In this document: positions 13,701 to 25,700 of the stretch, piece by piece
Layout: each line of letters begins with the position of its first letter
How positions within the stretch are numbered: the stretch's first letter is position 1
Source: Leucoraja erinacea
Taxonomy: Eukaryota
DNA length: 61,945 bases
Direction of reading: 5' to 3'
NCBI RefSeq assembly: GCF_028641065.1
Contig: NC_073410.1
Location: forward strand, 11,658,056 to 11,720,000
Translations under genes and position numbers: made by a program
Notes under the pieces: generated by a model
Told to the model about the DNA's origin: nothing
Seen by the model: only the letters and a program-made list of their open reading frames with translations
Database searches by the model: none

Positions 13701-16700
13701 CACCAACCTTTACATTATTGGGCAATAATGCAGGGCTGTCGCCATGAGATTGGGAATTAAATTGAAAGTTAGATTACACCTAAAGGAGAATGTGGTGAAT
13801 CCATACTCTTTCCCATTTGAGTCTTTATCAATAATATGTTCAGTTCTGGTTCTAGCTGCTCACTATTCCTTCCAGATCAGATTAAAGCAGAGAACAGAAT
13901 AAGGACAGCACGATGGCGCAGTGGTAGAGTTGCTGCCTGCAACGTCCGAGACCTGGGTTCGTTCCCAACTACGGGTGCTTGTGTGTACGGAGTTTGTACA
14001 CTCTCCCCATGACCACGTGGGTTTTCACCGAGATCATCTATTTCCTCCCACACTCCAAAGACGTACAGGTTTGTAGGTTAATTGGCTAGTATAGGTATAA
14101 ATTGTCCCTAATGTGTGTAAGATGGTGTAAATGTGCGGGGATCGCTGGTCGGCGAGCATGCGCTGGGCTGAAGGGCCTGTTTCCGCGCTGTATCTTTAAA
14201 CTAAACTAAACTGAGAACAGCACAGGAACAGGCCCTTTGGCTCACAATGTCCAAGCCAATCATGATTCAGATTCAATTTTAATTGTCATTGTCAGTGTAC
14301 AGTACAGAGACATCGAAATGCATTTAGCATCTCCCTGGAAGAGCGACATAGCAAATGATTTGAATAAATAATAATAAGTGTCCGGGGGGGGGGGGGTGGT
14401 GATTGGCAGTCACTGAGGTACGTTGAACAAGTTAAACTAATCTCTCCTGACATATCCCTCCATTCCCTGTACATCCTTGTACCTATCTAAACGCTACTTA
14501 CACGCCACTATCGTATCTGCCCCCACCGCCATAATTGGCAGCGCGTTCCTTCTTCCCACCACTCTACATAACTAAACTTGCCTCATACTTCTTTTATACG
14601 TTGCCCTCCTTGTCTTCAAGCTGAGCCCTCCGGTCTCTGATATTTCCACCCAAGGTAAAAGGTTCCATCACAGATAGGAACGTGGGTAGGATGGGTTTAG
14701 AAGGATATAGTAGGTATGTTACAAAACCTACCTGAATCGTGGCTGAGCATCTGCCCCACCCCTTGTGTGTGATTTTGGCGCTGTTTGGAGGGGGCGGGTT
14801 TAAAACGCGATTTTTACTAGGCTGTTCCAATCGCAGATGTTCAGCCTAGTAAATCATTAACGGAGAATCGCTGCAAGACCCGGTCGCAAAAGCTATTATT
14901 AGTTTTATAGGCCTCGAATAATAGATATAATAGTTTTAAAAGCTCTCGTTCACTCCGCAACCTCTCGCAGCCCCAGGGTTTTATAAAGCAAACTATTAAA
15001 GGTATGTACCTTATTTTTACATTAAATGGGGCATATATATAACCCTGAATATCAAGTTATCTATAGCGAGTAGTTCATTTTGGGCTTTTTATATCCCGCA
15101 GTATTTTTCTCGGCATTTGAGGGCACTAATCCAGCGCGATGTCAACGTTCTAAACCAGCGCGTTCCACATGAACCCACTAGAAAGCCGATTTAAATGGGC
15201 ATTTATTTACAGCAATTGAACACTAAATTCCTTCCATTTGGCCTATAAATTAATGTAAATTAGATATAAAAATCATGTTATATTGTGAATTATTTGTGAA
15301 TAATCTTTGGACACAGGCTATTTAAAAATGTTAATCTTTCCTTAAGAAATGGGCTTTTGACTATCCAAGATCACAGCTTTTTTGTAATGTCCATTGAAAA
15401 TCAATAGGGAACAAGATGCTAATTTCCGAGTATGAAAATGGCCATAACTTTTTTAATACTTGAGATATGAGAGTGAATTTGGTGTCAAATTAAACTTATT
15501 GTTATGCTTTATCTGATGGGATAAATTGCAGACTTGATTTTTAAAATCTCAAAATTTTGTAACATTGCTAGATATAGGCCAAATGTAGCCAGGCGGGACT
15601 GGTGTAGATAGGGCATGTTGGTCGGTGTGGGCAAGTTGGGCCGAAGGGCCTGTGTTCAAGCTGTATGACTCTGGCCTTATCTACCCTAAGTATGTCGCTG
15701 ATAATGTTATAGATTTGTATCAGGTCTCTCCTCAGCCTCCAACGCTCATGAGCAAACAATCTAACTCTGTCTAACCTCTCCTTATAGATAATACCCTCTA
15801 ATCCGGGCAGTATTCTGGCAAATCTCTTCTGCACCCTTTCCAAATCCTGCACATCCTTCCTGTAATGAGATGAGCAGAGCTGCAGACAATGCACCAAACA
15901 TGGCCATTTTGGCTCCTTGTCTTCAGGCTCTGCTCACAGGTCTTTACTCCAGGGCTTGGTCTATATGTTGGGGCAGACTAACAGAGCTTGCCGGAGGCAT
16001 GAGTGAGGGAAAGTGCATGGCACAACCTCCACGTGGAACAAATGCATAACGTGAATTAAGCAGAGTCGGTCACCTAGCTTTTTGCAATAAAGACAGAATA
16101 TTGGGAAAGCGGTCAGGCAGCACCTGTTAAAGGAGAAGCAAAGTTAACGGAGCGGAGGGGGGAAGCACAGTGGCGCGGCTGGCCACTGCCTCACAGCGCC
16201 ACAGACCCGTGTTCGATCCTGTCCTCGGGTGCTGTCTGTGTGGGATTTGCACGACCTCCCTGTGACCACACGGATTTCCTCCAGGTGCTCCGGTTTCCTC
16301 CCACATCACAAAGACGTGCGGATTTGTCAGTGAATTGGCCTCTGTAAATTTTCCCCGAGTAGCGATTGGATGGGAAAGTGGGATAACACAGAACGAGTAT
16401 GAACAGGCGATCGATGGCCGGCATGGACTCGCCGTGTCAAAGGGCCTGTATCCATCCATATCCCTATAACTCTAAACAAAAACATTTCAAATCTTTCTGA
16501 TGGCTTCCAAAGACCTCATTGCATTCATGATATATCATTGTCTTTTATCACATGAGTGCCTTGCACAACAATTTTCCCTGTGCTCAGAGGCCTGCTATTT
16601 GATTCAACAGATTCTCATGTTTCCCTATTACCTAGCGTCGCACATCAATGGCATTTCATTACCCAATAGAAAATTGGATCATCCAGTCTTGTGAAGCATT

Positions 16701-19700
16701 TCCATTGTCGCTCTTCCTATCCGCTCCATGTAGTAGCTCATAAACCCACAGCGACAATTGTTCGCAGAATGCTCTTGTGTTTTGGCAGATTTCAGACAGC
16801 AGTAATCAATCGCATCCCCAGTACAAATCATGAACTCACCCCCACACTACAAGATCCTACCGTTATATTTCACGGAGCTACCCGTTCCATCTTCCTGCTG
16901 ATGACGGATGGATTTCAACACGTGCCGTTTGAAAGCCCATTTTCTCAGTACTCTGTCATGCAACTTGGTCGCTTACTGTTGCTGGATGAATTGCCTGCAA
17001 CAGTAAAAGAGTCTGTTGTTTGTAGTTGTGACATAAAAAATAATATCTCCTCCAAAAATCCATTTGCAATTCGCCGACTAGATTAATAATTTTCAGGCAA
17101 GGAGCAAAATGTACTTTAAGTTCATAGGTGATAGGAGCAGAATCAGGCCATTTGGCCCATCAAGTCCACTCCGTCATTCAATCATGGCTGATCTATCTCT
17201 CCCTCCAAACCCCATTCGCTTGCCTTTACCCCATATCCCCTGATAAATGTTGTAAATAAGATTATTCTGTATCTTCACAAACGATGCTGTGTTTTTTTAC
17301 TATTTATCAGCTCCGAAGAATTTCATCTTTATCTCAAAAGCTTTAACATCCCATTTTTCTTATTTTCTTTCTCTGCCTTTTCTCATTTATCTCCTTCTTT
17401 TATTTCCTCTGTGTTTGTCCTTGGACTCAATTCCTTGTTATTATTTACGTCTTCTGTGTCTGCAATCTCTTAACCGTGGAACTAAAGGGCCTGTCCCACT
17501 TGCCGTTATTTGCGCGCCATTTACGCGTCCTCCAAAAATGTGGTTGTGATGCACGGGTAGTGTGTGGGTAGCGCAGTGACGGGCGCATGGAGAGGCGTGG
17601 ATGAGTGGGGAGTTGCGCACGGTATCGCGCGGCGCTCCATGATTTCGTGCTGCACAAAATCTTTGCGCACCACCGGCGTGGTGCATCGCTTAAGCACGCG
17701 GACGTACTGCGGTCGCACGCTGACGTCCTAACCTCGTACGTGTAGTGCGTGGTGATGCATGATTACGTCACCGTGCGTAACCATGAAAACTACGTGGTGA
17801 ACATCAAAATACACTAAACCAGAAAGTGCAAAAGTGAATTGATGCTTCACTTACAATGACTGCTTGGGTCCCTGGATTGTGGGTAAGGAAGAGGTTAAAA
17901 AGACAATGTTGTATCTCCTACAGCTGGATGAATGAATGACATGAGAAGGGGTGCAGTTGGTAGAAATGGAAGAGCAAACCAGAGAAGTGATACAAAATGC
18001 TGGAGTAACTCAGCGGGACCGGCAGCATCTCTGGATAGAAGACATGGGTGAAGTTTCGGGTCAAGACCCTCTTCAGACTGAAGAAGAGTCTTGACCCGAA
18101 ACATCATCCATTCCTTCTCTCCAGAGATGCTGCCTGTCCCGCTGAGTTACTCCTGCACTTTGTGTCTTTCTTCAATTTAAACCAGCATCTGCAGTTCCTT
18201 CCTACAGATTAATTTGGTCTGCAGCTTGCTACTTTTCATTCACCTCTTTTTTTGAATAGGGGCATTCCGTCTGCAGTTTTCCAATTGCTAGCACCACTCA
18301 AGAAACTGGAACATTTTAGAAAATCACCATAAATATCATAAACTGTGCAAATATCATAAACTGGGTATTCAAATGACGTCACGCGCTCCAGACGGCTGTG
18401 CTGACGCATGGAGACGCGTGATGACGCGCGCGATAGTCACGTAAACGACGGCCAAGTGGGACAGGCCCTTAACAGCCAGATTCATCCACTGAATACAAAA
18501 ATAAATTAAAAAATGCAGTTGCTGGAAATCACAGTATGGTAGATAGTGAGAATGGTTATAAAAAATTGCAGCAGGATCTTGATCAGCTGGCAAATGGGCG
18601 AGGAATGATTACCTGAGATTAGCATGAGGAGTTGCATTTTGAGATGTCAAACCAGGGCAGGATCTTTACAGGGAATGGTAGAGCCCTGGGAAGTGTTGTC
18701 GAGCAAAGGAATCTAGGAGTGCAGATAGATTGTTCCTTGAAGTGGCATCACAAATAGATAGGGTGGTCATGAATGCTTCATCATTAAGAGTGTTGAGTAT
18801 AGAATTAGGAGTGTTACATTAGTACGAGAGGTTGGTGAAGTCCCCTTTGATGTGTTATGTTCAGTTTTGGTCACCCTGCTATAGAAAGAATGTCATTAAG
18901 CTGGGAAGAATGCAGAGACGATTCTCCCTATACCTCGGGACTCGAGGGCCTGAGCTATAGGGATAGGTTGGACTTTCTCCCCGTGTCAGCATGGGTTTTC
19001 TCTGAGATCTCAGGTTTCCTCCCACACTCCAAAGACCGACATCTTTTTGGATTCATTGGCTTGACATAAGTGTAACTTGTCCCGAGTGTGTGAGATTGTG
19101 TTAATGTGCAGGGATCGCTGGCCTGTGCGGACTCGGTGTGTCTCTAATCCAAACTAAACCATTGTGAAATATAGTTTTTGTCAAATACATTAAGAAAGCA
19201 CCCTCACTGGGAAAGGAGAAGAGAAAAACTGTCACCACAAGTAACATTAGTAGTTTCTTCACTGTCTTCAGCAAATGATCCCTTTAATTGATAGACCAAT
19301 TTTATGTGTTACTTTTATATTTATGATCACGTTGGCATTTCCTGCAATGTTGCTCCATCTGTGTGTAGGGGCAATGAAATGTTGTAATGACAGAAGCACT
19401 GCTGAGTACAATGGACATCTTGTTCAAGGATATCATTATTTACTGCTAACCAAGCATTTTCTTCATGTTATGGCTGATGTTAACTGTTCGGTACAAACAT
19501 TAATTCCAAGCCTGCAGACATCTTGCCTCTGATACAGTATGTCGACTTGCTAGACAGTTCCTCCTATTTATCGACTTTAGATTTTAGAGATACAGTGTGG
19601 AAAGAGGCATATCGACCCACCATGTCCCTGCCGACTAGCGATCACCCCTTACACTAGCACTATCTTACACACTAGACACAATTTACAATTTACAGAAGCC

Positions 19701-22700
19701 AATTAATCTGCAACTATGTACGTCCTTGGAATGTGGGAGGAAAGTAGAGCATCCGGAGAAAATCCATGCGGTCACAGGGAGAACGTACAAACTCCACACA
19801 GACAGCACCTGTAAATCAGATTGGAACTTGGATTTCTAGTGCTGCAACTACACTTCTGTGCCACTGAGCCATCCTAATAGCTCACTATGAGAAAAATATT
19901 AGCGTTGAAATTGAAGAGTGACAGAGATGTGCATTTAATGAGGTGCTGACACCAAGTGTCAATGCATTTCACAGCACAAGAAACTCATGTGTTGCAGCAT
20001 GCGTGTCGCAAATAGCAAAGGCTGGTAATTGCTGGCAGGGCAACTATTCCATTTTATTCAAGGTTGATACAAAGTGCTGGAGTAACTCCGCGGGTCAGGC
20101 AGCATCTCTGGAGGAAAAGGATGGGTGCCTTTTTGGGATTGGGACCACTTCTGAATGTTCCTGGCCCGAAATATCACCCGAAACACCACCCATCCTTTTT
20201 GCTCCAGGGATGCTGCCTGACGCACTGAGTTACTCCAGCGCTTTTTGTCAATCTTCAGTTCATACCAGCATCTGCAGTTCCTTTCTACATATTCCATTGT
20301 ATTGTCGCCTCTGAATGCTTGGTTAAACTCGCAGTTCACTGATGTAGGTTCACGAAGGAACTGCAGATGCGGGAACAATCGAAGGTAGACAAAAATGCTG
20401 GACGGGTGAGGCAGCATCTTCAGACTCAGATCAGACTGAGATCAGAATCTTCAGGTTCAGATGCTGCCTCACCCGCTGAGTTTCTCCAGCACTTTTGTCT
20501 ATCTACCACTGATATAGGTTCAATAGGTTTACTGCTGTGAGAATTTCTATCAGTCTTTGCTGTGTGTATTATTCCCTGTTGATAGTTGCTTAATATTACA
20601 TTGGTACATTAGGGAGTGATACGGCACAGAGGTTATTCAGCTCACCAGATCCAATCTGACGCCATGCATCCATTGACTCTAATCCTACAGTAACCCACAT
20701 TCCTCACAACTCTCTGCAGATTCTACTACACCCCTACACATTGGGGGCAGCTTCCATGGGCCAACTCTACCGCTGCGCCACCGTGCCGCGCAACCTTCTT
20801 CCCCTGAACTTGAACCCAAAGCATTACTTTTAGTTCCGTCTGAAGTCTGAAGAAGGGTTTTGGCCCGAAACGTTGCCTATGTCCTTCGCTCCATAGATGC
20901 TGCCTTACCCGCTGAGTTTCTCCAGCACTTTTGTCTACCTTTGATTTTCCAACATCTGCAGTTCCTTCTTAAACACTTTTAGTTCCACCAGTACCTATCT
21001 GAGATCATGTTCCCCGGAGGTCAACTTCTGGATTTCAGAGGCACAGAGGATTTCAGAAGGACACAAATAACCTCACTGCAATTCTAGTACGGTATAGATT
21101 TTAGCAAATACATTATGAAAGTGGAAACAAAAAATTATTAAGGATTTAGAAAGTTCCCAAGAGAACATTGCAAAGTGCTGCCTCGGATTTTTGTATTGAT
21201 TAATATTAATTGTCATACAATGAAAAATGTAATTATTGAGATTGTGGAATAATTTCTTGCTTAGATTGTAACTGAAGTTCACTGTCACAGCTGTGTAGAA
21301 GTACAGACCATTACATCTTTACTGTTCCCCACACTTAACATGTAAATTAATTATGATGTCAAGTAATTGATGGCTTTGTCTACAAGGATTTTAATTCCTG
21401 TGTATTTTCTAACTATCACTTCTTTGAAAAAAAATCGTCTAAATAAACCAAAATGAGCTTCAGTTCAGTCTAGTTTAGAGAAACAGCGCGGCAACAGGAC
21501 CTTCGGCCCATCGAGTCCGCAGTGACCAGTGATCCTCGCACAATAACATTATCCTACACTAGAGACAATTTTAGCATTTATACCAAATAAAATTAACCTA
21601 CAAACCTGTGTGTGGGAGCGTGGGGAGAAACTGAAGTTCTCAGAGAAAACCCACGCAGGTCACAGGGAACACGTACAGACTCGGTACCGACAGCACCCGT
21701 TGCCAGGATCGAACCTGGTTCTCTGGCACTGTGAGGCAGCAACTCTACCGCTGCGCTACCCTGCCGCCCTAACATTGTTGGACCTGCATTCGCTCACAAC
21801 ATTTAATTTAATTACAACTTCACGTCCAATCTCAATGAGAAGCTGCGCTTCCAATCTTGTTGGGTGGGTCTTCGCTGTTTTGCACCCCGAATAACATTTC
21901 TTTGCAATTCCCAGCTTCCGATGCAGCGTGACTGGGGAACGAGATTCCAGGTTGCCAGTCTACTTCTACAAGCCCGAAGTGTCGTCGCCCACGCCCGTGG
22001 ATGAAGAGTACCTGACCATCAGCTCAACGTCCTCAATGTGCGAAAGCCCGGACAGTCAAACACCCAACGGGCCCACCATCAAACCTCGCATCAACGTGCC
22101 TTCCCCAGAGCCTTCGGGAGCTGCAGAGAAAGACACGAATGTTAAAGCTGAGTGGGAAGATTTCGAGGAGATAGATTCTGAAGCGGAAGTGGGATCAAGG
22201 AACGAAGATGATGATGATGATGATGAAGATCCAAAATTAGTAAGTGTGGCATGATGTGGTTCTGTAAAACGATAGATGTTTTACACTGTTCACCACGTTA
22301 TAGCGCACTTGCTGGTAGTGTACTAGTCTTTCTGAATGTCTATGCATCAAGAATGAATGGACTAGACTTCTCCCAGATGTGGCACAAATCTTCTCTTCAG
22401 ATTTTAAAAGTACACTCCCAAAATTATATGAGTTGATGCTCAGCCTTTTTATAACGTCAGTATTACTGGAATTATGTCCGAATATTCAGTGGAGAACGGC
22501 TTCTTGTAACGATAGCATTTCAGAGTGATCCCGTTTGTAAAGAAATAGATTAAAAGCAATTAATTCCAGAGGTAATTGAAAACCTTGAACTCAATAGATC
22601 AAGGAAATATATTTTTTATAAATTCTGTGTTAATTTTGGTAAACCGTTGTATAATGCTACTATGAGGAGAGAAATTGCAAGGAGTAAATGTGCAGTTCTG

Positions 22701-25700
22701 ATTTTGCATCAACAGTGTCTCGAGTACTGTCTTTTTGTTGGCAGTTCCGCACCACACTAGGTTACCAGCAAAGGGCAACCATTTTATACTCAGAGTAGCA
22801 AAATGGCTGCCTCTGACACCAACAGTGAACAGGGCACTTATGCAAACTCAGGGGTGACACAAAGCTTCTGCAGCAATCACTGCAGAATTATGTCAAAATC
22901 TTAGCATCAGGTCATCAGTGATAGGAGCAGACTTAGGCCATTCGGCCCATCACGTTTACTCTGCCATTCAATCATGGCTGATCCATCTCTCCCTCCTAAC
23001 TCCATTCTCCTGCCTTCTCCCCATAACCTGTGATACCCGTACTAATCAAGAATCTTGTCATGAATATATCCACTGACTTTGCCCCTACAGTCTTCTAGAA
23101 ACATAGAAATTAGGTGCAGGAGTAGGCCATTCGGCCCTTCGAGCCTGCACCGCCATTCAATATGATCATGGCTGATCATCCAACTCAGTATCCCGTACCT
23201 GCCTTCTCTCCATACCCCCTGATCCCCTTAGCCACAAGGACAAACTATTTCACAGATTTACCACCCTCTGACTAAAGGAATTCCTCCTCATCTCTTTCCT
23301 AAATGAACATCCTTTTTTTTCTGAGGCTATGACCTCTAGTCCTAGAGTCTCCCACTAGTGGAAACATCCTCTCTACATCCACTCTATCCAAGCAGTTCAC
23401 TATTCTGTACACTTCAGTAAGGTCCCCCCTCAATCTTCTAAACTCCAGCGAATAAAGGCCCAGTGCCATCAGAACACTCATCATATGTTAATCTACTCAT
23501 TCCTGGGATCGTTCAGTTTAGTTAGTTTATTGTCAGGTGTACCGAGGTACAGTGAAAAGCTTTTGATGAGTGCTCACCACGCAAGATGATATGGGGATCT
23601 CCTGGTCAATCTGCCGTCATTCCCCAGTTGAAACGTAGAACAGGAACACACTGTGGAAACTTGATACCTGTATTTTTTCCAGTTTAACAAGAAGGATCTG
23701 GGTGTTGGAAGCTCAACTAATTCTGGGTATCTTGGGTTTACCTACCATAATAGTTCATTAATTGTTGTCCTACTGTTGTTTTTAAATAATATTCTTATTT
23801 CAAATAATTTGGACACCCTCTGGTTGAGGTACCCAAGTGGGGAAAAAAGATCTCACCTGGGTGACCGACAGAACTGATTGGCATCGATGGTGGCTGATAG
23901 CATGGGATGATATGGTGATAAGGTCATGGCTTGCACATACTGTAGCTCTTCAAGGAAACAGATGGACAGATGCCCCTCTCTGCTCTACTGACGAGGCTTA
24001 ATGATCAGCACTGGGAATAGGGTTGCCATTTGTGTGGTATTTGCCAGGACATCCTGGGCTAAATTGGTTTGTCCCACACTGGACTGCCCTTGTCCTGTAT
24101 ATTGACTGCTACTGCTCGGGTCCAGGGGACTGTGCAGCAACAGCTCCTCGTCCATGGTCGACAGCCCGGCTAGCTGTCCGACATTTGGACCTTAGCTTAC
24201 CGCCGACACCGCCACCACTCCTTCTCATGGCCGATCAGTGGTTCATGAGTTGAATGGGGCGCCGGACTTTGCGCGCGATGGCACGCGGGCCAAAACTCCT
24301 CAGCTGGCCCGCCGGCTGGGCTTTGTGTGCAGTCCAGCACCCGAGCCAACTCATCATTCACCCAGCCAAGGCCAAGGCTGTCAACAAATTGCCGTCGGGA
24401 ATTTGCCCCGTATTTTGACCCTTTGTACCTTATTTGGGTGAGAAAGTTGCCAACCCTAAACACAGAGCCATTTTCCATGAAAATAAGGTGACCTTTCATA
24501 ACTCACTTTGTTCTGACTGAAATGAAATTAAATTTATATTAACTTGAGTAGACTTTATGATATGAATTTATATCACTGATCCCATTATTACTGAAAGAGA
24601 TAGTGCTTTATAGATCGGTTCCACCTACATTTCCCTCTGGTAATATTAATATCTTTATAATTATTTCACTGTTTGCCTTTTCATCTGTTACTGGTCTGAG
24701 CTCACGTTGTGTGAGGATTGCAGTCTGGAGAGCAGTTTTGAAATCTCCATCCCACCATATTCGGGAATTGATCATTTCATATGATACCTGGTTTGAAAAA
24801 TATCTTTATGTTGAGCCTGGTGTCATTTGTTTTAATGAAGTTATCATTGCTGGCTGGCCTGCTACTGTCTGTTGCATTGGCCATTGGCAGCTGTGGGCTG
24901 TGCGTGATCCAGTTGGCCATCTTATTACCCGTGAGATAAGCAGAGAGTGGGAAGGAAATATTCAGCCATGTAAAACGTTGTAGCAGAGTGCGATCAGATT
25001 AAATTGTATATGCACGCATTTGGAAAGTAATGATTGGCAACAGGAACTCTGCTTGGTTCCAGGGACTAAGCTTATTTTCATAAGTCATAGGAGCAGAAAT
25101 AGGCCATTCAGCCCATCCAGTCTACTCCGCCATTCAATCATGGCTGATCTATCTTTCCCTCACAACCACATTCTCCCCATAACCCGTGAAATCCCCTTAC
25201 TCAGGCAGCATCTTGGTGAATCTCCTCTACACTCCCTCCACCGTGATCACAAGCTGTTGCTGAACAGAACTGCTGGCAGTACTCCAAGACAGACACAAAA
25301 AGCTGGAGTGACTCAGCAGGACAGGCAGCATCTCTGGAGCGAAGGAATGGGTGACGTTTTGGGTCGAGACCTTTCTTCAATGGGATCTCTTCACTAGTTC
25401 TACAGTACATAAGAATGAGAGGGGGTCTTATTAAAACATATACAGTAAGATTATTAAGGGATTGGACACGTTAGAAACAGGAAACATGTTCCCGATGTTG
25501 GGGGAGTCCAGAATCAGGGGCTACAGTTTAAGAATAAGGGGTTGGTCATTTGTTACAGACACAAAGTGCTGGAGTAACTCAGATAGTCAGGCAGCATCAT
25601 TGTGAACATGGTTGGGGAACGTTTCGGTTCGGGACCCTTATTCAGACTGATTGCCGACAACATTGAAAGTTGCCACCTTCACCTCTTCCTCACTGACCAA

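Noticed and set aside
24018-24458. Complete hAT element between tagggttgcca and tgccaacccta
   Set aside because: There is no 8-bp TSD and the left part lacks subterminal similarity, so only the right part is reported, at low confidence.
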